Shown piece by piece: positions 9,276 through 19,190 of a DNA stretch of 64,000 nt. The notes beneath the pieces were generated by a model, which was not told the origin of the DNA, ran no database searches, and saw only the letters and a list, made by a program, of their open reading frames with translations. Within the stretch, counting starts at the first letter, position 1; each line of letters begins with the position of its first letter. The translations under genes were made by a program, and so were the position numbers. Origin of the DNA: Alphaproteobacteria bacterium (GTDB lineage: Bacteria > Pseudomonadota > Alphaproteobacteria > Micavibrionales > Micavibrionaceae); the NCBI GenBank assembly GCA_020442385.1, contig JAGRKE010000015.1:34170-98169 (forward strand). Direction: 5' to 3'.

Positions 9276-10612
9276 GCTGCGCTCTCAATCTTCAGGCCCA
9301 GATCATTCATCAGTGAGATGAATGTTGGGAAGCTGGTTTGGATCGGTGCGCCGTCATCAATTTCGATCGGCTCATCGGTAACAGCGCCCAGTACCAGAAA
9401 GCTCATCGCGATGCGGTGATCCAGCGCCGTGGCAATCTTCGCCCCACGCTCTTTTAACCCTGGGGGCGGTTTGCCGTTGCCGTGAATGGTCAGGCTATCC
9501 GCACCCATCTCCAGTTCCACCCCGCAGGCTTTTAGGCCCTCAGCCACCATCAATAGGCGGTCGCTCTCTTTCACGCGCAGCTCCTCCAATCCTGTCATAT
9601 GGGTTGTGCCTTGCGCGCACGCGGCGGCCATCGCCAGAATTGGAAATTCATCAATCATCGAGGGGACGCGGGCTTCGGGAATCGTTATGCCCTTGAGCGG
9701 GCCGCCCTTTACGGTAATATCGGCAATCTTTTCGCCGTTTTCTTCGCGCTCATTCTCAAAACTTATATCCGCGCCCATCTCTTTGAGGCAGGTAAACAGC
9801 CCCGTGCGGCGCTCATTCATGCCGATGCGCGGCATGTGAATCTGTGATCCTGCGATAATCGCCGCCGCCACGGCCGGGAAGGCGGCTGAGGATGGATCGG
9901 AGGGCACATGAATGGTGCAGGGCTTTAAATCTTGTTCGCCGATCACGCTCACGGCAAGGCGACCATCATCCAGCAGCTTTGTTTCAACATCAACACCAAA
10001 GCCGCGCAGCATGTTTTCGGTGTGGTCGCGCGTCGGCTTGCTCTCAATAACTGTGGTTTTTCCCCGCGCATTCAAGCCCGCGAGCAAGATGGCTGATTTC
10101 ACTTGCGCGCTGGCAACGGGCAATTCGTATTCAATCGCCAAAACATCTTGCGCGCCGGTCACGGTGAGGGGCAGCGTGCCACCCTCGCTGGCCTCAAAAG
10201 CCGCGCCCATCATCTCCAGCGGCTTTGTCACCCGGTTCATCGGGCGCTTGGTCAGGGACGCATCGCCCTCAAAGCTCGCGGTGATATTATGCCCGCTGAC
10301 AAGCCCCATTAACAGGCGCGTCGATGTCCCGCTGTTGCCCATTTGCAAGGGCGCATCGGGTTGATGCAGACCGCCCAGGCCAACCCCGTGAACATGCCAC
10401 AGTCCGCTCTGGTCTTTTTCAATTTGCGCGCCCATCGCCCGCATCGCATCGGCGGTGTGCAAAACATCTTCACCCTCCAGCAAGCCGCTGATCGTTGTTT
10501 CGCCAATGGCTAGCGCACCCAGCATAAGGGCGCGGTGCGATATCGATTTATCACCGGGAATGGTGGCCGTGCCGGATAGATGGGAGGCTTTATGTGAGAG
10601 AAGCGGTATCAT
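9272..10612 (-). CDS. aroA: 3-phosphoshikimate 1-carboxyvinyltransferase (EPSP synthase)
   Basis: 446 aa with IPGDKSISHRALMLGALA and LGNSGTSTRLLMG motifs. Confidence 0.96.
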   Translation of the reverse strand: MIPLLSHKASHLSGTATIPGDKSISHRALMLGALAIGETTISGLLEGEDVLHTADAMRAMGAQIEKDQSGLWHVHGVGLGGLHQPDAPLQMGNSGTSTRLLMGLVSGHNITASFEGDASLTKRPMNRVTKPLEMMGAAFEASEGGTLPLTVTGAQDVLAIEYELPVASAQVKSAILLAGLNARGKTTVIESKPTRDHTENMLRGFGVDVETKLLDDGRLAVSVIGEQDLKPCTIHVPSDPSSAAFPAVAAAIIAGSQIHMPRIGMNERRTGLFTCLKEMGADISFENEREENGEKIADITVKGGPLKGITIPEARVPSMIDEFPILAMAAACAQGTTHMTGLEELRVKESDRLLMVAEGLKACGVELEMGADSLTIHGNGKPPPGLKERGAKIATALDHRIAMSFLVLGAVTDEPIEIDDGAPIQTSFPTFISLMNDLGLKIESAA

Positions 10613-10679
10613 AAAGCCTAGAAATATAGGGCGAGCGGCGCTTTATCAATCTTATTTTGGGCTTAATTTGAAGAATGGC

Positions 10680-12863
10680 TTACTTTTTATCAAAGCTTGT
10701 AAGATCGCCATCATACTCTTGGAAGAACTTCACGAAGTCTTCGGCCTTCACCGGGCGGGAATAGCGGAAGCCCTGAACCTCGTCACAATTATGCTCCAGC
10801 AGGAACTCTTCATGCTCTTTGGTTTCTGCGCCCTCCGCAATAACTTTCAGGTTCAGGGAGTGGCCCAGTGCGATAATGGTTTTGGCGATCGCCGCATCAT
10901 CGGCATTGTTCAAGGCGTTGCGGATAAAGCTTTGGTCAATCTTCAAGCGGTCAATCGGGAATTGGCGCAGATACGACAGGGATGAATATCCCGTACCGAA
11001 ATCATCAATCGCCAGCTCAACACCGACAGAGTTTAGATTTTGCAGGACTTGAATTGTGTGCTGGATATCGTCCATAAACACGCTTTCTGTGACTTCCAGC
11101 TCGACGCGCTTGGGATCTATGCCTGTCTTGGTAATGACCTTCTGCGTAAAGCTGACAATATCGCTTTGGCTGAATTGTACGCCCGAAACGTTAATCGCGA
11201 TGCGTCCGTCATAGCCATATTTATCAGACCATTCCATGGCATCGCGGCAGGCGCGCTCCATCACCCACTCACCGATTGGAACAATCAAGCCGGATTGTTC
11301 AGCCACAGGAATAAAGTCTGCGGGAGAAATAAAGGTAAAGCCTTCTTTGCTGTTATCGGGTTTGAACCAGCGCAGCAGCGCTTCGGCCCCGATGACCTTG
11401 CCTGTGTTCAAATCCAGCTGCGGCTGATAGTGTAGCGAGAGCTGATCATGCTCCAGCGCGTCGCGCAGATCGCGCAGCATTTGGAAGCGTTGTTGCACGG
11501 CGCGGTCGAAATCTTCGGAATATTCTTTAACGCTGTCGCGCCCCTCTTCCTTGGCGCGGTTGAGCGCGATATCGGCGTTTTTCAAAACCTGATCGGGGTC
11601 AATCGCATCATCCGGGAAGGTTGAAACACCAACAGAGGCACGGATCTGGAATTCTTCATTAAAGACTTTGAAAGGCTCGGCGCGAATGACCGACAAGACC
11701 TTATCTGCGACATCGCGGGCGCTGTTGATATCGGTATCCAGCGGCATGGTGATTGCAAATTCATCCTCGCCTGTGCGCGAAACCATTGCACGTTCTGGCA
11801 TTGCGGAGCGCAGGCGCTTACCCACGCCGCGCAGGATTGCATCGCCAACATTATGGCCCATGGAATCATTGATATCTTTGAAATGGTCCAAATCCATCGC
11901 GATAATCGCATAGCGCATGGTTTTTTCATCGCCGGAATTGCGCATCTTCTCGGTTAAGTCCTGCAAGAACAAGGTACGGTTGGGTAGGCCGGTCAACTTA
12001 TCGTAATAGGCCAGCTTGTGAATCTTGTCCTCGGCGGCGCTTTTGATGCGTTTGATGTTATCGGCATTTTGATGAATAAGCTTCTGTGCCAGATCAATCG
12101 CGCCACCAATTTCGTCGCTTACGCTATAGGGCGAAGCGGGAATTTGCGGGTTTTCGGGATCTTTAGAGGCAGCAAGCAAATTATTGCGCATGAACAAAAT
12201 CGGCTCCAGCAACCAGCGGCCCAGCGCCATCATCAAAACAGATGTGACGAAGGCGGACATTAGCAACATGATCAAAATTGTCTGTTTTACAAAGCTAAAA
12301 ACTTCTCCTTGCACATTCGAGGAATCCAGCCGTGCGACAATAATAAAGGGACGCTGCAAGTCATTGGCCCGGAAGACCACTTCATAAGAACCGCCATCCG
12401 CACTGCGGTAGGTTTTCGAAAGGCTTTCCTGCTCCAGCATCACCAAAGCAAGCGGTTCGCCAAATGTTTTGATAAGGTCGAGTTGGTTGGAATACACCGC
12501 AAAGCCGTTTACAAGCGTTGTTGAAAGCAGCTGGTCAGCTTTTTCAGTCGATATCGGCGAGGCTAGCAAGTCTTTAATCGAGGTATCGAGCAGCGGAGCA
12601 ATGGCTGCACGCCCGACTTCACGCAATTGGAATAGGCGCTCATTTTCAAATTCTTTAAGGGTGAAGTTCAGAATAACCGCTTGCACCGCCAGAATAGTCA
12701 AGAACACCGCCAGCGTAATGCGCCAGCTAATCCGGCTTTTCCAGATTTGGCTGGGAGAAGAAAACAGCATGGCCTTCCACGCCGAACTATGTGTTTGCTC
12801 GGTACGGTCTTGCGTGTTTGCGTTATCTGAACTGGAAGATTTCAATTTTGATATAGAAACCAT
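10680..12863 (-). CDS. membrane sensor protein with GGDEF (variant) and EAL domains
   Basis: 727 aa. N-terminal TM, sensor region and second TM. GGDEF domain with signature RTGEDEF. EAL domain with EALLRW, DDFGTGYSSLSYL, KIDQSF and EGAE. Confidence 0.9.
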   Translation of the reverse strand: MVSISKLKSSSSDNANTQDRTEQTHSSAWKAMLFSSPSQIWKSRISWRITLAVFLTILAVQAVILNFTLKEFENERLFQLREVGRAAIAPLLDTSIKDLLASPISTEKADQLLSTTLVNGFAVYSNQLDLIKTFGEPLALVMLEQESLSKTYRSADGGSYEVVFRANDLQRPFIIVARLDSSNVQGEVFSFVKQTILIMLLMSAFVTSVLMMALGRWLLEPILFMRNNLLAASKDPENPQIPASPYSVSDEIGGAIDLAQKLIHQNADNIKRIKSAAEDKIHKLAYYDKLTGLPNRTLFLQDLTEKMRNSGDEKTMRYAIIAMDLDHFKDINDSMGHNVGDAILRGVGKRLRSAMPERAMVSRTGEDEFAITMPLDTDINSARDVADKVLSVIRAEPFKVFNEEFQIRASVGVSTFPDDAIDPDQVLKNADIALNRAKEEGRDSVKEYSEDFDRAVQQRFQMLRDLRDALEHDQLSLHYQPQLDLNTGKVIGAEALLRWFKPDNSKEGFTFISPADFIPVAEQSGLIVPIGEWVMERACRDAMEWSDKYGYDGRIAINVSGVQFSQSDIVSFTQKVITKTGIDPKRVELEVTESVFMDDIQHTIQVLQNLNSVGVELAIDDFGTGYSSLSYLRQFPIDRLKIDQSFIRNALNNADDAAIAKTIIALGHSLNLKVIAEGAETKEHEEFLLEHNCDEVQGFRYSRPVKAEDFVKFFQEYDGDLTSFDKK

Positions 12864-13076
12864 GACACCACATTATTCATTATTATGTATGTTCTGTACA
12901 GCGGTATTAAAACGTTATTTGGAAAGATTTCCCCCAAACTTAAAGTGTAGATGAAATGTGTTAATAAGGACTTTAGAACTCCCTAATACTTTAGAGTTTT
13001 TCTATTTAAGTTATTGTTTTTAAACATAAAACAAAATAAAAAACTTTGCTAAAATACGAGATAAATTCGTTTTAGT

Positions 13077-14264
13077 TTACCCAGCCTTTCGGCCATGAAC
13101 CAAAACTTTACGCTCATCGGCAAGCGTACAGGCAAATAGATACGAGTCACCGCCTTCCTGAAGCTTGAGTTTTTTGCGCAAAGAGGCGACATCGCCGGGG
13201 AAGTTGCGGATGCTGAGATTGGCTTTTTTAAGCGGCAAAGCTTTGTGCTGTACAGGCAATATCTCAATAATTTCAAAGGCGCGGCCCGGAAAATCGGGAT
13301 TATAAATCTCGCTGGTATAAAGATGCGTATGTTCGTGCAGTTTTTGCACGCTGTAGCGATGTGCTATTGCGTTAAAGCCGCCCGCCTTTTGAAAGGCCGG
13401 GCCGGGCTCATAAAGGAATGCTTGCGGTAGAGTGGTTTCAGCGCGCGCTTGTTCTTGCGACGGGCTAAATTCAAAGCGTTTAAGCACCGCGCCTTCATCA
13501 TCTAAAGACACACAAATGCGCGGAATATCCTCGGAAGCTGGCGGGCTTTCAAAATCCAGATCATAAACAACCTCCTTACAATCACCGCGCCACTCCAGAA
13601 TATGCACCGCGCGCACGCAGCCCAGATCAATAATTGCCTGCGCAATATCCAGCATGGGAGAGGTTTTAATCAGCGCACGCTTGGTTTTGGTTTTTAGCAA
13701 CTCCAGCAGCGCGGGCACATCGGGGCTGCAATCCTCCAGCCGGAAAAACCCTTTGCGGGTTTGGGTGCGCCGCTGCGGATCGATCATAATCAGATCGACC
13801 GGCTCTATACGCCCCAGAAAGTTCTCCGCGCTCTCGCAATAAACCTCAATCGGGGTTTGTGTTAGGCGCGCCAGATTATGGCTCAGCAGCGCGGCGGCAT
13901 TCTCCTCACAATCAATGCAGATTCCGCGCTCAAAGCGTGACGCCAGCGCCGCGCAATCAACGCCCGCCCCGCCGGTTAAATCGGCGAAGCTGCGCCCGCT
14001 TGCCAGTACCGCCTTGTACTGTGCCGTGGCGGTGGATGAGGCTTGCTCGATCAAGTCGCTGGACGGAAAAACAATATCGGGATGCTCACTCCAGCTGGGA
14101 ATTTTCACCGCTGCTTTTTGCCGCGCCTTGATCTGATCAAGGATTAAGGGATACGGCCAATCCGCGCTGGGCGGTTTTTTTAGGGCGAGCTCCCTTATAT
14201 CGGCGTCATCATTACGCCGCATGAATTCCTTTATTTCAGGGTCTAAAATATGTTTTAAGATCAT
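13077..14264 (-). CDS. class I SAM-dependent methyltransferase (THUMP-like C-terminal module, tentative)
   Basis: 395 aa with SAM motif I DLTGGAGVDCAAL. The start ATG overlaps the upstream stop (ATGA at 14261-14264). Confidence 0.75.
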   Translation of the reverse strand: MILKHILDPEIKEFMRRNDDADIRELALKKPPSADWPYPLILDQIKARQKAAVKIPSWSEHPDIVFPSSDLIEQASSTATAQYKAVLASGRSFADLTGGAGVDCAALASRFERGICIDCEENAAALLSHNLARLTQTPIEVYCESAENFLGRIEPVDLIMIDPQRRTQTRKGFFRLEDCSPDVPALLELLKTKTKRALIKTSPMLDIAQAIIDLGCVRAVHILEWRGDCKEVVYDLDFESPPASEDIPRICVSLDDEGAVLKRFEFSPSQEQARAETTLPQAFLYEPGPAFQKAGGFNAIAHRYSVQKLHEHTHLYTSEIYNPDFPGRAFEIIEILPVQHKALPLKKANLSIRNFPGDVASLRKKLKLQEGGDSYLFACTLADERKVLVHGRKAG

Positions 14265-15913
14265 CCTTCAAAAAAGAAGCCTGGATTATAGTCGGTTAAT
14301 TTGGGCAAGGGAGGAAGCGGTGCTCTGGGAAGCTCTGGCAGATCAGTATCGCCCCATTGCGAGCGATATTTTTGAATAAAGCTTGAGGCATCAATATCCT
14401 TGAACGAATACCAAAGTGTGATGGCTTTGATAAAAGGCGTATGATAAAAAATTCTTTTTTGATCGGCTTCGTCTAAGCTATCTACAAACTCTTGAAATTT
14501 TTCTTTTGAACTCAGTTCTCTAAGCATCAGCCCATCGCTTGCGAAAAGAATATCGGCTTTGTCTTTCGAATCTTCAATGTTTAAAATTAAGTCGAGTGCT
14601 CTGTTTGAAGCAAAACGACCAACGAGTAGTGTATCTACAAAGCTGCCCCGGTTAAGATTGAGGGGGTGGAGATTAGGTCTTTCTTTTAAAAAGGGGTCTC
14701 TTATTTTCAAAAGTCTTGCCCGGTGGCTTGATATTTCAAAAGACTCAACAAACGCAATCAATTTATCTTCAAACTGTTTTTTTTCTTCATCGCTGAAATT
14801 ACGACGGAAGCCTCTTCGTAAAGCGAATAATGAGATCACAGCCCAGACATCGCTTTTTTCAAGAATCGATAGGCGTGTTTCAGGATTTTCAATATCTCCA
14901 ATAAGCTCTAGAGCATCAATGTCTGGATAGTGCTCCGCCAAGTGAAGCATCAAGGGCGCATGTTCTAACATTCTTGCGCGATGTTCTGAGTTTTCAAGAG
15001 ATGTAATAAAAGAAACGATTTTCAGACAGTCTTCTTCAACCGCTTTTCTGTCTTCTGGCGTCTTAAAGTGCGGGTAATCATATTTTTCTGGAAATGTAGC
15101 GAATGGACTATCAGTGTAGAGTTTCCAGTATTTACCTTTCAAATATTTAACGGCTTGTTCTGTTGTAAGGGTAAGTATACGGTCTTTTTTATCTGGCGTT
15201 TCAAAATGCTCAACAATTTGATTGAGAAGCGAGAGATCATCTTTCGCCCAGGCATTTTCAAACAGGGCGTCCTGACATTTTTCGATGAGGTTCATTTGAT
15301 CTTCTTGATCAAGATGTTTGAGGAGGTGTAAAAATTTCCCCGGAGCCTCATATGCGATGAATTCAGCTAAAAGATGGCAGTCTTTGAAATCTCCAAAGGG
15401 TAATATTTTGGGATTGTTATATTCAAAATTTAAGATGTTCGAAATAATGTCTGCGTTATCATTTTTTACGATGAGGTCTATAACTTTGTTTCTGCGGTCG
15501 TTATTGCGCACGTGAAGGAGGTGAGCGGCCACTTCGACTCTTTTCATTTGCTCAATCTGTTCTTTTTCATCCAAATGATCAAAAACCAAATCACCAACCT
15601 GTTCGATGTAATTTCCTGCAGCATAAGGCAGTTCTTTCCCGTCATATGGTTTCGGCTCGATAGCAACGACCTTCAGAAATTTATTGAATGTATCTGGATG
15701 TTTAAGGACTTCTTTTTTCTGCTGCGGTGGAAGAGCGGTAATGGCATTAAAGGCTTCGGTGAACGCTTCATCATAAGCCTTATCATCGGAATTTTCCTCG
15801 AGAAGATAGTCTTGCTTTAGCAATTTATCGATGATTTCGGGAAAGATAGACTGGGCCGAAAGCCATTCTTGCGAAAGCGGCTTTTTCTCTTTTGAGGAAT
15901 CATCATTGCCCAT
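14261..15913 (-). CDS. helical-repeat protein of unknown function (AT-rich gene)
   Basis: 550 aa with no TM or signal peptide. Internal repeats such as ITSLENSEHRARMLEHAPLML and VESFEISSHRARLLKIRDPFL. Visibly AT-richer than its neighbours. Confidence 0.65.
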   Translation of the reverse strand: MGNDDSSKEKKPLSQEWLSAQSIFPEIIDKLLKQDYLLEENSDDKAYDEAFTEAFNAITALPPQQKKEVLKHPDTFNKFLKVVAIEPKPYDGKELPYAAGNYIEQVGDLVFDHLDEKEQIEQMKRVEVAAHLLHVRNNDRRNKVIDLIVKNDNADIISNILNFEYNNPKILPFGDFKDCHLLAEFIAYEAPGKFLHLLKHLDQEDQMNLIEKCQDALFENAWAKDDLSLLNQIVEHFETPDKKDRILTLTTEQAVKYLKGKYWKLYTDSPFATFPEKYDYPHFKTPEDRKAVEEDCLKIVSFITSLENSEHRARMLEHAPLMLHLAEHYPDIDALELIGDIENPETRLSILEKSDVWAVISLFALRRGFRRNFSDEEKKQFEDKLIAFVESFEISSHRARLLKIRDPFLKERPNLHPLNLNRGSFVDTLLVGRFASNRALDLILNIEDSKDKADILFASDGLMLRELSSKEKFQEFVDSLDEADQKRIFYHTPFIKAITLWYSFKDIDASSFIQKYRSQWGDTDLPELPRAPLPPLPKLTDYNPGFFFEG

Positions 15914-15981
15914 AGCGCTACTCTTAACTCATTATAATAAGAGGCCAGCTTAGACATAAGTCTGGGCGGGGTCAATATGTA

Positions 15982-16596
15982 TCAGGATTTTTCAATCAGC
16001 TTGAGAAAACGGCTCTGCACGTTCTGATCATCTTTAAAGATGCCGGAGAACTTCGATGTCACGGTGGCTGATCCGGGCTTGTGTACGCCGCGGATGGACA
16101 TGCATTGGTGGTCGGCCTCAATCATCACGGCCACGCCGCGCGGGTCGAGCGCTTCGTCAATCGCTTCCACGATGTGTTTTGTCATGTTTTCCTGCGATAC
16201 TAGACGTTTCGCAAAGATATCTACAACGCGGGCCAGCTTGGAGATTCCAACCACTTTATCTGTCGGCCAGTATGCTACATGCGCCACGCCTGTAATGGGA
16301 ACCATGTGGTGTTCGCAGTGCGATACAAAATCGATACCCTTAACGATGACCATGTCATCGAAATCCTCAATATCATCGAAGGTCTTGGACAAATCTTTTG
16401 CCGCATCCAGATTATATCCGGCAAAGAACTCATCATAAGAGCGAACAACACGCGCTGGCGTTTCTTTCAAACCGCTGCGGCTTGGGTCTTCACCAATATA
16501 GCGCAGCAAGGTTTCAACCGCTTTTTCGGCTTCCTCGCGCGAAGGGCGCTTGATGTCATCTTTCTTCATTTCGACGATCTTGCTCATTTTTTCCAT
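15982..16596 (-). CDS. folE: GTP cyclohydrolase I
   Basis: 204 aa with the VSHCEHHMVPITGVAHVAYWP motif. Confidence 0.95.
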   Translation of the reverse strand: MEKMSKIVEMKKDDIKRPSREEAEKAVETLLRYIGEDPSRSGLKETPARVVRSYDEFFAGYNLDAAKDLSKTFDDIEDFDDMVIVKGIDFVSHCEHHMVPITGVAHVAYWPTDKVVGISKLARVVDIFAKRLVSQENMTKHIVEAIDEALDPRGVAVMIEADHQCMSIRGVHKPGSATVTSKFSGIFKDDQNVQSRFLKLIEKS

Positions 16597-16678
16597 TCCA
16601 TATTGAATTTAGGGGTTGGTCTTACCCTTAATTTCCCTTATTTTCCAGTAAAAATTACATTTTACGAATGAGAAACAT

Positions 16679-18013
16679 ATGTCAGCGCTGCAGCTTTACA
16701 ATAGTTTGACCCGCAAAAAAGAGGTCTTTACGCCGATTGATCCCGATCATGTGCGCCTGTATGCCTGCGGGCCGACGGTCTATAACTACGCCCATATCGG
16801 CAATGCGCGTATGGCGGTGGTGTTTGATTTGCTGGCGCGTGTTCTGCGCACGCAATATGCAAAAGTGACCTATGCGTCCAACATCACTGATGTGGATGAC
16901 AAGATCATGGCCGCGTCCGAAGAAACCGGCGCATCCATCAATGAGATTACAGAGAAATATACCAAGATTTACAATGATGATATGGCCGCGCTGGGCTGCG
17001 CCCTGCCGGATATTCAGCCCAAGGCGACCGCGCATATTGGCGACATGATCAAGATTATTGAGGATTTGATCGCGCGTGATCACGCCTACGCGTCTGACGG
17101 GCATGTGTTGTTCCATGTGCCATCGTTTGAAAAATATGGCGGCCTGTCGGGCCGCAGCCGGGATGAGCAAATCGCCGGCGCGCGGGTCGAGGTTGCCAGC
17201 TACAAAAAAGACCCCGCCGATTTCGTGCTGTGGAAACCGTCGAGCGATAATGAGCCGGGTTGGGAGTCCCCATGGGGCTATGGCCGTCCCGGTTGGCATA
17301 TTGAATGCAGCGCGATGAGCGCGGTTCATCTCGGCCTGCCTTTCGACATTCACGGCGGCGGGGCGGATTTGAAATTCCCGCATCATGAAAATGAAATCGC
17401 GCAGAGCTGCTGCGCGTCCGGCTCCGAAGACGATCTCTCCGGCTTTGCCAAAGTCTGGGTGCATAACGGTTTCGTGACAGTGGAGGGGGAAAAGATGTCA
17501 AAATCGCTGGGCAATGTGCAGCTCGCCCATGATCTGGCCCAAAAATATCCCGGCCCTGTTTTGCGTCTGGCGTTGCTGTCGGCGCAATATTCCAAGCCGC
17601 TAGACTGGACCGAGCAGCGTATCGGCGAAGCGGGGAAGCTGTATGAGAAATTGCAGCGCGCGCTGGCCGATGATGGTGATGCGTCTGGCGCGCCCGATGC
17701 GGCGCTGGTTGAGGCGCTCTGTGATGATCTGAACACGCCGCTGGCCTTTGTGCGTTTGAATGAATTGCTGAAGGACGCGGGCCGCGCCCCCGGTGTACTG
17801 CGCGCCAGTCTTGATTTGCTGGGCGTGGTGGTTGTGCCTGCGGAAGCGGCGGCCGTGGAATCCGATCCGGCGATTGATGCGCTGGTGGCCGAGCGTAGTG
17901 CGGCCAAGGCCGATAAAAATTTCGCCCGCGCCGATGAAATCCGCGACCAACTCGCCGCCCAAGGCATCGAGATTATCGACACCCCCGATGGTGCACAGTG
18001 GAAGCGGGTTTAG
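16679..18013 (+). CDS. cysS: cysteine--tRNA ligase
   Basis: 444 aa with HIGN (HIGH-type) and KMSKSLGN class I signatures and GWHIECSAMS. Confidence 0.97.
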   Translation: MSALQLYNSLTRKKEVFTPIDPDHVRLYACGPTVYNYAHIGNARMAVVFDLLARVLRTQYAKVTYASNITDVDDKIMAASEETGASINEITEKYTKIYNDDMAALGCALPDIQPKATAHIGDMIKIIEDLIARDHAYASDGHVLFHVPSFEKYGGLSGRSRDEQIAGARVEVASYKKDPADFVLWKPSSDNEPGWESPWGYGRPGWHIECSAMSAVHLGLPFDIHGGGADLKFPHHENEIAQSCCASGSEDDLSGFAKVWVHNGFVTVEGEKMSKSLGNVQLAHDLAQKYPGPVLRLALLSAQYSKPLDWTEQRIGEAGKLYEKLQRALADDGDASGAPDAALVEALCDDLNTPLAFVRLNELLKDAGRAPGVLRASLDLLGVVVVPAEAAAVESDPAIDALVAERSAAKADKNFARADEIRDQLAAQGIEIIDTPDGAQWKRV

Positions 18014-18029
18014 CTAGGTTGGTTTTATT

Positions 18030-18230
18030 TTAAAGCAGGTCTTTTGCTTGAATCTTTAAGGCTTTTGCAATTTTGTCCAAAATGCCAATTGTGGGATTAC
18101 GTACACCGCGTTCAATACCGCTAATGTAGGTGCGATGCAGGTCACAACGGAAGGCCAGCTCTTCTTGAGAAAGCCCCTGTTTTTTGCGCATGCGCGCCAG
18201 ATTTTTGCCAACAGTTTTTTGAATATCCAT
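18030..18230 (-). CDS. XRE-family helix-turn-helix regulator (66 aa)
   Basis: VGKNLARMRKKQGLSQEELAFRCDLHRTYISGIERG is a Cro/C1-type HTH. Confidence 0.8.
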   Translation of the reverse strand: MDIQKTVGKNLARMRKKQGLSQEELAFRCDLHRTYISGIERGVRNPTIGILDKIAKALKIQAKDLL

Positions 18231-18301
18231 TCTTGTATTAGGCTGGATATGTAGATTATAGTTCTACAGACTATAAGTCTCATTTAATTGTCGTAAAATA
18301 T

Positions 18302-18472
18302 ATGAACGAAGATTTTGCCACGCTGGAAGAACAGATAATCGAGATTGAATATTTGGTGCGGGCTTTGCAAATACTTTCGGGTGATGACGGGGTGCACATT
18401 ACTTTGTTAAACGTGCTTGAACAAAAATGTACGGCGCTTAGGGCCGACTTTTATAAGCGTTGGCAAGCCTAA
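18302..18472 (+). CDS. possible 56-aa ORF divergent from the XRE gene
   Basis: Below the track cutoff. Manual translation: MNEDFATLEEQIIEIEYLVRALQILSGDDGVHITLLNVLEQKCTALRADFYKRWQA. Its stop overlaps the convergent 18469 stop. No family recognised. Confidence 0.25.
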   Translation: MNEDFATLEEQIIEIEYLVRALQILSGDDGVHITLLNVLEQKCTALRADFYKRWQA

Positions 18473-19185
18473 CGCGCGATCAGAACTTTGTAGAAAACAT
18501 ATTCCGCTGGGGCGGCGGTGCGCTGGAAACAGGCGGAGGTGCGCCCTCTAAAATTCGCGCCGCCGGCTTCATCGCCGATGGTCTCGCTATAGCCGAATGC
18601 GCCGATATAGCGTGTCTCTCCCATATCCGTATCGGTGGGCGGCACATCGCCGGGGTTGGTGATATCTAAAAGTTCATTGATCTCAATGCAGGTTTGCTGG
18701 GCGAGCTCATCCACCACCAAGATCAGGTCTGCGCAAGAAGAATCCCCGCAGGTTTCCCCCACATCCTGAATTTCGTTATCGCCGTAAATATGCCATATAT
18801 TATCCGGGCTGGCGGCGCTGTCCATCGCTTCGGAGGGAGGCTGCGTCCAGGTTAGGCCAGCGCCGCTGGGGTGGAAAATCTTGTTCAAATTATCCGTGCA
18901 GCCCGCATGGTCGTAATCATCCGCGCCCCAGTTCGGGTCATCAAAACACAGCATATCATCGTCCACACCGCGCAGGCGCAGCTGCGCCACCGCATTGGCC
19001 ATGATGTTGGCATATTCGAGAATTTCACTGGCATAGAGCCGCGCGCGGTCTTCGCTGAGCTGTTGCACATTTCCGCGTATGCTGTTGCTCACCGCATAGG
19101 ACAGGGCGGCGAGCAGAACCACGGCAATCAGGACATAGAAAATAACGCTTCCGCGCTCATCGGTTCGGGTGTGAGGCTCTCTCAT
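18469..19185 (-). CDS. membrane-anchored Cys-containing protein with PilX/TadG-like N-terminal helix (tentative)
   Basis: 238 aa. A polar leader is followed by one hydrophobic helix, GSVIFYVLIAVVLLAALSYAV. The acidic ectodomain has six Cys. Confidence 0.55.
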   Translation of the reverse strand: MREPHTRTDERGSVIFYVLIAVVLLAALSYAVSNSIRGNVQQLSEDRARLYASEILEYANIMANAVAQLRLRGVDDDMLCFDDPNWGADDYDHAGCTDNLNKIFHPSGAGLTWTQPPSEAMDSAASPDNIWHIYGDNEIQDVGETCGDSSCADLILVVDELAQQTCIEINELLDITNPGDVPPTDTDMGETRYIGAFGYSETIGDEAGGANFRGRTSACFQRTAAPAEYVFYKVLIAR

Positions 19186-19190
19186 ACCTC

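Noticed and set aside
17294-17309. Sigma-54-like -24/-12 match TGGCAT-N6-TGCA (GG and GC correctly spaced).
   Set aside because: It lies inside the cysS coding sequence (the GWHIEC codons) with no downstream gene start, so it is most likely a chance match.
16682-17464. Long antisense ORFs in the track: 16682-17464 opposite cysS, 23776-24387 opposite lptB, 7887-8519 and 6561-7043 opposite rpsA, 27302-27937 across kdsD/rnd, 59578-60033 opposite TetR, and many shorter ones.
   Set aside because: Each lies fully within, and antisense or out of frame to, a gene with unmistakable family motifs. Their translations are Arg/Ala/Gly/Ser-rich low-complexity strings typical of off-frame reading of GC-biased coding DNA. 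None has an RBS or a recognisable motif.
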